Source of the DNA: Actinomycetota bacterium | Lineage (GTDB): Bacteria > Actinomycetota > Actinomycetes > Nanopelagicales > Nanopelagicaceae | Assembly: GCA_037140155.1 (NCBI GenBank) | Contig: JBAXFA010000001.1 | Coordinates: 36,724 to 100,723 of the forward strand | Direction: 5' to 3' | DNA: 64,000 bases | Shown here: positions 29,447 to 37,423 of the stretch, piece after piece | How the letters are laid out: every line of letters starts with the position of its first letter | Numbering within the stretch: position 1 is the stretch's first letter | Position numbers and translations under genes: made by a program | The notes under the pieces: model-generated | Told to the model about the DNA's origin: nothing | The model's input: only the letters and a program-made list of their open reading frames with translations | Databases searched by the model: none

Positions 29447-30706
29447 TTAAAAAGGTTTAGAAAACTCTGTCTCTTCGGTTGCTTCTAATTCGAGTAAACG
29501 ATTCCACTTTGCAGTTCGCTCTGATCCATGGGTAGAGCCAACCTTTATCTGTCCGGCGCGCCAGCCCGTTGCTAGATCTGCCAGCCAAGAATCCTCAGTC
29601 TCACCGCTGCGCGCTGATACAACCGTTGCGAATTTATTGGCATGGGCGTTTGCCAACACTCGCTGAGTAGAAGTAACTAAGCCATTTTGATTGGCTTTGA
29701 TCAAAATGGCATTGGCGCTCTTCTCAGCAATGCCACGTTCTAGGCGATGCAAGTTTGTTGTAAATAGATCATCGCCAAGAATTTGTAAATTTGCTGGAGC
29801 CTGCGCATTGAATGCGCTCCAGGCCTGCCAGTCATCTTCGGCAAAGGGATCTTCAATTGAAGAAATTGGATAGGTATTTACTAAATTGAGCATCTCTTCC
29901 ACAAATTGATCTGAAGAATAAGTGGCGCCAGAAGTAGTTAGCGCATACTTATTATCGATAAAGAATTGTGTTGATGCGATATCGAGGGCAAGTGAGACCT
30001 TGTCAGATAGGCCAAGTAGTTCAATTTGAGCAAGAACAAATTCGCAGGCATCGTCAGTTGAAGCAAATGAGAGGCCAAGCCCACCTTCATCTGCCACTAA
30101 GTGGGTTATGCCATGTGTTTTACCATCACTTGCCGCACGTTCGCGAATTGCAACAACCCAGGAAAGTGCCTCAGCAAAATTTGTAGCAGCATGGGGAATC
30201 ACCAATACATCTTGAATATCTAGGCTGCGATTGGCGTGTGCTCCCCCAGATAAAATATTAACCATCGGCATCGGTATCAATAACTTGCCTTCTGGTTGAA
30301 AATACCTGGCCAGCGATTTTCCTGAAGCGTGTGCCGCAGCTTTCGCAACTGCAAGTGAAGTTGCCAGCGTTGCATTAGCGCCGATTACTTGGTGGCCCGG
30401 TGTGGGATCAACTTCAACTAATAACCCATCGATTGCTGCCAGATTGAGACTGTGGCCCAATAATTTAGGTGCGATCTTGGTGTTTATATTTTCAATTGCT
30501 TGATAGACAGATTTGCCTGCGAAGAATTCTTCTGATTTTTCGGTGCCGGCATCACGCAATTCATGTGCTTCATGTGCACCCGTAGAAGCCCCCGATGGCA
30601 CCCGCGCAGTGTGGATAGAACCATCGCTAAGAGTCAGCGTTACCGCAACTGTGGGGCGCCCGCGTGAATCTAGAACCTGATATCCCAGGACGCGTTTTAT
30701 ATTCAC
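29447..30706 (-). CDS. divergent enolase-family protein (paralogue-like)
   Basis: The enolase signatures PSGASTG, ADEGG, ALDIAS, SIEDPF, LGDDLF, LIKANQ, RSGETED and GQIKVGS are present. However, SHRSGETED is SARSGETED and DIQEFMI is DIQDVLV. The GTG start forms a GTGA overlap with the kinase stop. Confidence 0.8.
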   Translation of the reverse strand: MNIKRVLGYQVLDSRGRPTVAVTLTLSDGSIHTARVPSGASTGAHEAHELRDAGTEKSEEFFAGKSVYQAIENINTKIAPKLLGHSLNLAAIDGLLVEVDPTPGHQVIGANATLATSLAVAKAAAHASGKSLARYFQPEGKLLIPMPMVNILSGGAHANRSLDIQDVLVIPHAATNFAEALSWVVAIRERAASDGKTHGITHLVADEGGLGLSFASTDDACEFVLAQIELLGLSDKVSLALDIASTQFFIDNKYALTTSGATYSSDQFVEEMLNLVNTYPISSIEDPFAEDDWQAWSAFNAQAPANLQILGDDLFTTNLHRLERGIAEKSANAILIKANQNGLVTSTQRVLANAHANKFATVVSARSGETEDSWLADLATGWRAGQIKVGSTHGSERTAKWNRLLELEATEETEFSKPF

Positions 30707-31677
30707 TTTGCGGCACTTTCCAAGAGCTGCGTAAGAGTCATATCTGAATCTAACAGCGCCGACTTAGTTAGCGCCACCAATCGTTCTTGAGCAGGTGAAT
30801 CCAAATAATTTACAGGTGATACTCCCTCGACTCGTGCCAGGGCTATCAAGGCAATGTGGTGTGGCAGGCTTGCGGCAACGTTTAACTGAGAATCTTGTTG
30901 ATAGTTGGCGAAGAACTGCTTTGCCGTTTCAACCAATAAATCCTTCTCATCTCCTTGCGAGGCACGAATAATCTTGCATAGTAAGTGCGCAAGTAAAAAT
31001 GCGAGATCAAAGACGGGATTTCCGATATGGGCGACTTCAAAATCAAGGACAATCGGGCGATGATCAGCGGTTGCCATAATATTTTTAGGTGAAAAATCGC
31101 CATGAACTAAAGTTCTCTTTACAGTGGTGATCTCATTTATGAGCCCAGCGATAACCGGCTCTAAGCCTTGATTTTTAGCTAATACCGCGCGATAGAAAGG
31201 CGCCACTCGCAACTGCTCGAAGAGTGAATCTTCCATAAACTTTGCCTTGATCTCATCTGATCCCGCAGCTGCGTTATGCCAAGCAGCCAATATCTTGCCA
31301 AGTCTGGCACCCATCTCAGGATGGATTCGACCTTCCAACATATCTATCTTCCAATTGGTGCAACTTCGTGGCAGACGAGACATCGTTAAGGTGAACTCAG
31401 CAGCATCACAATCAATAAGTTCGGGAACACTTTCTGGAGTTATTGAGTGATAAACCTGCATCGCATCGGCTTCCACGATTGCTCGGCGTTGATCGGCGAC
31501 CCATTTAGCTTTTGTCTTTAACTCAGGTAACGCTTGCTTAACTACGAGATCAACCTCTGCGTTCGAGACGGCTAAGACGACACAAGAAACGCCACCGGTG
31601 AGTGTTTCCACGGTGGCGTTGCCTGTTAATAGTCCGCGCTGTGAAAGGTAGGAAAGAACCGAACCTTCATCGAGCAC
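30703..31677 (-). CDS. APH-fold (aminoglycoside-phosphotransferase/MTR-kinase-like) small-molecule kinase
   Basis: 324 aa. Catalytic loop LVHGDFSPKNIM and metal-binding segment VLDFEVAHIGNPVFDLAF. GTG start. Confidence 0.75.
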   Translation of the reverse strand: MLDEGSVLSYLSQRGLLTGNATVETLTGGVSCVVLAVSNAEVDLVVKQALPELKTKAKWVADQRRAIVEADAMQVYHSITPESVPELIDCDAAEFTLTMSRLPRSCTNWKIDMLEGRIHPEMGARLGKILAAWHNAAAGSDEIKAKFMEDSLFEQLRVAPFYRAVLAKNQGLEPVIAGLINEITTVKRTLVHGDFSPKNIMATADHRPIVLDFEVAHIGNPVFDLAFLLAHLLCKIIRASQGDEKDLLVETAKQFFANYQQDSQLNVAASLPHHIALIALARVEGVSPVNYLDSPAQERLVALTKSALLDSDMTLTQLLESAAK

Positions 31678-31690
31678 GGGAGTTGAGTAC

Positions 31691-32584
31691 TTATCCCTTT
31701 AGCGAACCTGACAAGAGGCCACGCAAGAAGTAACGACCTAAGAATAGGTAGACCAGCAACGTTGGGATCGAAACGATCAGCGAAGCGGTCATGTTATTTC
31801 CGTAGTAAACCTGGTTGCCAGAGCCGGTGATGAAGTTAAGGGCGGTAGTTGCAACCGCTAACTTTGGAGAACCACCGGTTAGGAAGATCGCAAAGAGGAA
31901 GTCGTTCCAAGCAGATGTGAACTGCCAAATAAGAACAACTACGAAGCCAGGGATAGAAAGTGGCAAGAAGATAGTGCGGAAGATTCTTAACATTCCGGCG
32001 CCATCAACACGCGCTGCTTCGATTAGCTCATTTGGGATTGCTGCATAGTAGTTACGGAAGATCAAGGTACAGATCGGAATACCGTAGATAACGTGCGCGA
32101 ATACCAATACATAAATTGAGCCGCCGATACCTGCCCACTGATTGAACTTTGTAAGTGGAATCATGATCGCTTGGTAAGGGATAAACATTCCGAATAAGAA
32201 TGTAGTGAAGATAAAAGTTGATCCCTTAAAGCGCCACTTAGCAAAGACGAATCCATTGATCGAACCGATAATCGCTGAAATAACAGATGATTGCACCACA
32301 AAGAACAAGGTGCGAAGCATCGGTACTTTTAACTGTTCCCAAGTTGGGCCCCAGGCGCTGAAATCTAACTTCTTCGGAGGCAAGAAAGCAGCTGATTGAG
32401 ATACACCAGTAATTCCCTTAACAGAGTTAATTACCATGATGTAAATTGGCAGCGCTGCGATTACAAAGAGAATGCTCAGAGCGAAGTAACGGAAGATCAG
32501 CCAGAACTGGCCTTTGCCATCTAGCTTGCGCTTATTGCGAACATCAACCTTGCGGGTAACGCGGGATGCGATATCTGAACTCAT
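31691..32584 (-). CDS. carbohydrate ABC transporter permease (CUT1, MalG-like)
   Basis: 297 aa, six TM helices, and the EAA loop ELIEAARVDGAGMLRIFRTIFLP. Confidence 0.88.
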   Translation of the reverse strand: MSSDIASRVTRKVDVRNKRKLDGKGQFWLIFRYFALSILFVIAALPIYIMVINSVKGITGVSQSAAFLPPKKLDFSAWGPTWEQLKVPMLRTLFFVVQSSVISAIIGSINGFVFAKWRFKGSTFIFTTFLFGMFIPYQAIMIPLTKFNQWAGIGGSIYVLVFAHVIYGIPICTLIFRNYYAAIPNELIEAARVDGAGMLRIFRTIFLPLSIPGFVVVLIWQFTSAWNDFLFAIFLTGGSPKLAVATTALNFITGSGNQVYYGNNMTASLIVSIPTLLVYLFLGRYFLRGLLSGSLKG

Positions 32585-33504
32585 TTGTTCGCCTCCTCTG
32601 TCTTATTTACATAGATTAGATATGGGATTACCGCTACTGCGATCATCAGCAAGATCAAGACCGCGATCGCTGCGCCCTTGGCATAGTTCTGGAAGTCGAA
32701 GATAACTTGCCACATATAAATGGCGAGCACCTTGGTGACATAGCTCTTGCTGGCGATACCGAAGATTAAGTCGAAGACCTTCATCGATATATGGCCCAAG
32801 ATAATTAAGACCGTTAAAAATGTTGGAGATAGCTGCGGGAACAAGATATGGCGGTAGATCTTGTATTCACTTGAGCCGTCGACTCGAGCTGCTTCGCGTA
32901 GATCATCAGGGATTCCGCGGAAACCCGCTAAGAAGAGCGCCATTACATAGCCAGACATCTGCCAGATCGCCGGCAGCGCCATGGCAAACATGGTGCCCTT
33001 CTCTGATGAGTACCAGTCGTTCTGCAGGAAGCCAAGATGGGCCTTCATGAGCAACATGTTGAGACCAGTTGCATCTTTATCACGTGCTGAGTCCATCAGC
33101 CAGCGCCAAGATGTTCCCATTGCGATGAATGAGATCGCCATTGGATACAAATAGGTAGAGCGGAAGAAACCCTCGCCCTTAATTCCCTTTTCCAGCAGAA
33201 GCGACATAATCAAACCAGAGAGTAAACATCCGATGATGAATACGCCGGTAAATTTTAGAAGATTGCTGAGCGCATGAGTAAATTCTGGGTCTTGCCAGAG
33301 TTCGCGGTAATTGGTTAGTCCTACAAATTTAACATCTGTCGTATAAGAATTAGTGCGGTTCTGTAGTGATTCGCGCACGGTATAGCCGATCATTCCGTAT
33401 ACGAAGACCGCCATTGCAAAAATTGATGGGAGTACGAAAAAGAATCCGCCCCAAGGGCTATGGACTCGATTTTTCTTTACCTTCACTTGAGTCACGCCTC
33501 TCAA
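32581..33504 (-). CDS. carbohydrate ABC transporter permease (CUT1, MalF-like)
   Basis: EAA loop DLREAARVDGSSEYKIYRHILFP. The start is uncertain: TTG 33504 or GTG 33486. Confidence 0.88.
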   Translation of the reverse strand: MRGVTQVKVKKNRVHSPWGGFFFVLPSIFAMAVFVYGMIGYTVRESLQNRTNSYTTDVKFVGLTNYRELWQDPEFTHALSNLLKFTGVFIIGCLLSGLIMSLLLEKGIKGEGFFRSTYLYPMAISFIAMGTSWRWLMDSARDKDATGLNMLLMKAHLGFLQNDWYSSEKGTMFAMALPAIWQMSGYVMALFLAGFRGIPDDLREAARVDGSSEYKIYRHILFPQLSPTFLTVLIILGHISMKVFDLIFGIASKSYVTKVLAIYMWQVIFDFQNYAKGAAIAVLILLMIAVAVIPYLIYVNKTEEANK

Positions 33505-33554
33505 AATATTTCAAATCATCAAAAAACAAAATTATCAAATTCATTTGTACAAAG

Positions 33555-33596
33555 TCTAAGTTCTGGCGGAGCCTTGCGGCCCCGCCAGAACTTAGA
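33555..33596 (-). terminator. strong intercistronic stem-loop downstream of the SBP gene
   Basis: Perfect 15-bp stem, 33555-33569 (TCTAAGTTCTGGCGG) with 33582-33596 (CCGCCAGAACTTAGA), and a 12-nt loop. It sits 34 nt after the SBP stop. There is no immediately adjacent U-run. Confidence 0.6.
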
Positions 33597-33629
33597 ACTA
33601 ACTTACATTTCCTACTTAACGGTTAAAAA

Positions 33630-34904
33630 TTAGCCGTTTGAGTTAGCAGTGAAAGCAGCAACGAGAGCCTTAGCGAATCCCTTTGCATCCTTTGCACCAC
33701 CTGTGTAGAAGCGACCAACAGCAGCATCGTAAGCAGCCATTCCAGCGTTACCGTAGTTAACACCGTGAACAGTTGAACCGACGAGACGATCTGTCTTCCA
33801 CTCCTTCATTGCAGCCTGTAGGTAGCTGTCGTATAGCGCAGGGTTTGAATCCTTACGCACTGCGATAGAACCCTTCTTAGGGTTGAATGCATCTTGACCG
33901 GCTAGAGATCCGCAGACCTTCAACCAGGCGATACCTGCATCGCGGTTTACAGCGCCCTTAGGCAATGTGAATGAGTCAGAGAGCCACATGTAAACAGGTC
34001 CCTTATCAACGTTGTTTGGAGCAACAGCCCATGTGTAATCAGTACCTAGCTTTAGGCCTTCTGATTGCCACTGTGATGAAGCCCAGTCACCCATGATGAA
34101 GAAGCCGGCTTTGCCTGTTGTTACAAGCTTGCCTGCATCTGGCCAGTCAAGTGACTTGCTTGAGTTTCCGTAAGCAAGGATCTTTGAGAGGTATGTAATT
34201 GCCTTAGCAACTTCTGGACCATCCCACTTTGTCTTGCCATTCCATAGACCGTTGTACTTATCTGCGCCCATTGAGCCAAGAAGTACTACGTCGAATAGGT
34301 GAGCAATCGCCCAGTCGCCGTTACCAGCAAGTGCGATTCCATCAATTCCGGCCTTCTTGAACTTAGCCATTGCAGCAAGCATCTCATCGAGAGTCTTAGG
34401 AGCTGCTGTGATTCCAGCCTTCTTTGCTGCAGCTGGGTTCCACCATAGAACGTTTGCACGGTGGATGTTTACAGGAACGGAGTAAATCTTTCCGTTTGTT
34501 GTAAGTGTCTTGATTAAGTCAGCTGGGAAAATCTTGTCCCATCCTTCTGACTTGTAAAGGAATGAAAGGTCTTCAACCTGTCCAGCCTTTACATAAGATG
34601 ATAGTTCTGCGCCAGCATGTGCCTGGAATGTGTCAGGTGGATTGCCAGCTTGCATACGTGATACGAGAACACCCTTTGCGTTAACGCCAGCTGCACCTGC
34701 AACTGCTGCGTTAATGAATGGTGTCTTTGGATTTAAACGTGTGAACTCAGTTGTCATTCCTGCAAGACCTGCAGCTTCTCCGCCTGATGCCCACCAGGTG
34801 AAGATTTCGAGTTGCTTATCAGTTGCAGCAGATGATGCTGGAGCTGTTGTCACAACAAGTGCAAGTGCAGCGAAGACTGCTGCTACTTTGGACTTCTTTA
34901 GCAT
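33630..34904 (-). CDS. extracellular solute-binding protein family 1 (CUT1 sugar ABC transporter SBP)
   Basis: 424 aa with a signal peptide and the LEIFTWWASGGE start typical of family-1 SBPs. SD GAGAAAGG precedes the ATG. Confidence 0.85.
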   Translation of the reverse strand: MLKKSKVAAVFAALALVVTTAPASSAATDKQLEIFTWWASGGEAAGLAGMTTEFTRLNPKTPFINAAVAGAAGVNAKGVLVSRMQAGNPPDTFQAHAGAELSSYVKAGQVEDLSFLYKSEGWDKIFPADLIKTLTTNGKIYSVPVNIHRANVLWWNPAAAKKAGITAAPKTLDEMLAAMAKFKKAGIDGIALAGNGDWAIAHLFDVVLLGSMGADKYNGLWNGKTKWDGPEVAKAITYLSKILAYGNSSKSLDWPDAGKLVTTGKAGFFIMGDWASSQWQSEGLKLGTDYTWAVAPNNVDKGPVYMWLSDSFTLPKGAVNRDAGIAWLKVCGSLAGQDAFNPKKGSIAVRKDSNPALYDSYLQAAMKEWKTDRLVGSTVHGVNYGNAGMAAYDAAVGRFYTGGAKDAKGFAKALVAAFTANSNG

Positions 34905-34935
34905 GTAATGCCTTTCTCGATGTAGAGGGATTTCC

Positions 34936-34949
34936 TAACTACGTAGTTA
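34936..34949. promoter_or_regulatory. perfect 14-bp palindrome, candidate operator upstream of the SBP gene
   Basis: TAACTACGTAGTTA with a central CG, 32-45 nt upstream of the SBP ATG, in the 234-nt araA-SBP spacer. Confidence 0.4.
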
Positions 34950-35138
34950 TGCACCCCCCTGGAAATTTCAGGGACCAGGGTTTTACATGTGGCTATCCTC
35001 GTTCGGGCGCTGGGGCGCGTCAACCTACATAGCCCCTTTGACGATAACGATTAGGTTACGAAGCGCGCCCATAGCGGGCTATCCCAATTCTTGAGATCTC
35101 AGCCTAAATAGTTAGCTAAAGGCTGGTTAAAGATCGGC

Positions 35139-36650
35139 CTAGGTCAGGGAAGAGAGCTTGTAGAAGGCGCCATTCCACTTAATCTCTTTATGGAAATCCT
35201 CGCTGGTAGTTGAGGCGCTAATTCGCAGATGTTCGACCTGGGCGATATTTGCAAAGTCGACTAAAACTTCTGGGTCAAGAGCGGTGCTTAAAACTGTGTG
35301 GTGCGAACCGCCGGCATAGATCCAAGATTCTGCCGATGTAGCAAGTGATGGCGCAGGTTTCCAAACCGCACAAGCAACTGGCAACTTCTTTAACTCTTTA
35401 TCTGGATTAACTACTTCAACATCGTTAGAGACGATTCGGAAGCGATCACCAAGATCCATCAGACCAACGACTCGACCTTGTGCGGGTGTTGCATTGAAAA
35501 CTAAACGAACTGGATCTTCTTTTCCACCGATGCCAAGAGGATGGATTTCACACTTTGGTTTCTGGTTTGTAATCGTTGGACAAACTTCCAACATATGCGC
35601 ACCAAGAACCTTCGGTTCACCTGGTCCGAAGTGGTAGGTGTAATCCTCCATAAATGATGTTCCACCTGGCAGACCTTCCGTCATGCTCTTAATAATGCGC
35701 AGCAGTGCAGAAGTCTTCCAGTCGCCTTCGCCGCCAAAGCCATAACCCTTTGACATCATTCGCTGCACAGCAAGTCCTGGTAACTGCTTTAGCGCACCTA
35801 GATCCTCAAAGTTAGTTGTAAAGGCGCTGAAGTTTCCGGCGGTTAAGAAAGTTTCTAGTGCAATTTCAAGCGATGCCTGATAACGAAGTGATTCATGGCG
35901 GGCGCCACCCTTTTTAAGTTCGGCAGAGACTTCAAAGATCTTTTCATATTCGGCAACAAGAGCATCGATTGCGGCTGGCTGAACTGCAGCGACGGCATCT
36001 ACAAGTGCGTTTACACCGTAGGCCTCGATCGACATTCCGAGCGTGATTTGCGCGCTTGTCTTGTCGCCATCAGTTACTGCGACATAGCGCATATTGTCGC
36101 CGAAGCGAGCTAGCTTTAAATTCTGTGCCGTGTTCCAGCCAATTGCTGCGCGCATCCAATGTGCGATTCGAGTTGAGACGCTCTTTTCTGAGACGTGGCC
36201 AGCAACAACTTTACGTGGCAAATGTAGGCGCGCTTGCACATGGCCATGTTCGCGATCGCCATGGGCTGCTTGATTGAGATTCATAAAATCCATATCGATG
36301 CTTTCCCATGGAAGCTCAGAGTTAGCTTGGGTATTTAAATGCAGAATTGGAACTTGGAGCGCGTTAAGCCCACCAATCCACATCTTGGCCGGTGAAAAGG
36401 TATGCATCCAAGTTATTACACCGATGCAATTTGGGTTAGCTGATGCCTCGTGACAGAGCGCTTTTATATCTTCCGGTGTCGTCAATACTGGTTTCCAAGT
36501 GGCTTTAATCGGTAGATCACTTGCTGCATTCAGTGTTGCTACAACTTGCTTTGATTGTTCTGCAACTTGCGCCAAAATCTCTGGACCATAAAGCGGCTGG
36601 CTTCCGGTTAGGAACCAGATTTCTAGACCTTGCTCTTGGAGAGATTTCAC
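35139..36650 (-). CDS. araA: L-arabinose isomerase
   Basis: 503 aa. AraA motifs [24 protein letters not shown] and GGSHHTV. Confidence 0.92.
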   Translation of the reverse strand: MKSLQEQGLEIWFLTGSQPLYGPEILAQVAEQSKQVVATLNAASDLPIKATWKPVLTTPEDIKALCHEASANPNCIGVITWMHTFSPAKMWIGGLNALQVPILHLNTQANSELPWESIDMDFMNLNQAAHGDREHGHVQARLHLPRKVVAGHVSEKSVSTRIAHWMRAAIGWNTAQNLKLARFGDNMRYVAVTDGDKTSAQITLGMSIEAYGVNALVDAVAAVQPAAIDALVAEYEKIFEVSAELKKGGARHESLRYQASLEIALETFLTAGNFSAFTTNFEDLGALKQLPGLAVQRMMSKGYGFGGEGDWKTSALLRIIKSMTEGLPGGTSFMEDYTYHFGPGEPKVLGAHMLEVCPTITNQKPKCEIHPLGIGGKEDPVRLVFNATPAQGRVVGLMDLGDRFRIVSNDVEVVNPDKELKKLPVACAVWKPAPSLATSAESWIYAGGSHHTVLSTALDPEVLVDFANIAQVEHLRISASTTSEDFHKEIKWNGAFYKLSSLT

Positions 36651-36713
36651 GCGTTACCTCAGATTCTTGGCTAGTACTTTAAATTGCGAGTTTTGCAAAA
36701 TAGTACATTAGCG

Positions 36714-37421
36714 CTAATTATTCGGAAATAGCTCATCCGAGATTTCTAAATTACCGCGCAATAGATGGACTTTGCCCGGGCCATACTTACGCCACTTATC
36801 AGTGAAAACGAGCGCAGTATCTTCATCAATTCCTATCAGTGCAGTATCGGCATCTTCACGAATCACTGCAGCAGCAACGCGCTCGGGAAGCCATCCCAAA
36901 AATTTGTCGTAGTGCGGGATCACTTCTATCTCAGGGAGCAAGTTGAGCCCCTCGCTAATTTGAGATCTGCGAATACCAATGATCTTGCCACCGAAAGCCA
37001 TGGCACCAGCAGAACAGCCTGCTAGCGATGAACCAGAACGCCAGGCCTTAACTATCGCCGCCCACAACGGGGTATCTCGAAATATCTGCGCTAAATGTCC
37101 GGGATCTCCCCCAGAGAAATAAATTAATCCAGCGCCTTCTATCTGATCTATAAATTTCTGATTACTAGCATCTTCGCGAGTTAAAACCGGAAGATAGATA
37201 ACTTCGCAATCAATACGTGCGCCTTGCGCTGCACCACGAGCACGCCAGAAATCTAAACGGTCCTCACCTTCTTTACCTGCAGCAGTTGGAATTTGAATAT
37301 AGGTATTTTTCTTGCCTCGCAAAATGGCCAATCGCAAGAGCTCACTTTCGAGCCCTTGCGATTGAGGTAAATACTCGCCGGAACCAACAAGGGCAATTGC
37401 ACCAGGCTGGTTATCAATCAT
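36714..37421 (-). CDS. peptidase S51 family (cyanophycinase/peptidase E-like) protein
   Basis: 235 aa. Nucleophile elbow GCSAGAMAFG and an N-terminal IALVGSGEY pattern. Confidence 0.65.
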   Translation of the reverse strand: MIDNQPGAIALVGSGEYLPQSQGLESELLRLAILRGKKNTYIQIPTAAGKEGEDRLDFWRARGAAQGARIDCEVIYLPVLTREDASNQKFIDQIEGAGLIYFSGGDPGHLAQIFRDTPLWAAIVKAWRSGSSLAGCSAGAMAFGGKIIGIRRSQISEGLNLLPEIEVIPHYDKFLGWLPERVAAAVIREDADTALIGIDEDTALVFTDKWRKYGPGKVHLLRGNLEISDELFPNN

Positions 37422-37423
37422 AT

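Noticed and set aside
29447-31677. Reading the kinase + 'enolase' pair as the methionine-salvage MtnK/MtnW pair.
   Set aside because: The salvage-pathway 'enolase' MtnW is a RuBisCO-like protein and MtnC is a HAD phosphatase. Neither has the true enolase fold seen here. mtnA, mtnB and mtnD are absent from the locus.
35040-35100. Possible 14-codon leader peptide (MGALRNLIVIVKGAM) on the minus strand in the araA-SBP spacer.
   Set aside because: There is no convincing SD, and the peptide shows no regulatory codon enrichment. Sequence alone gives no support.
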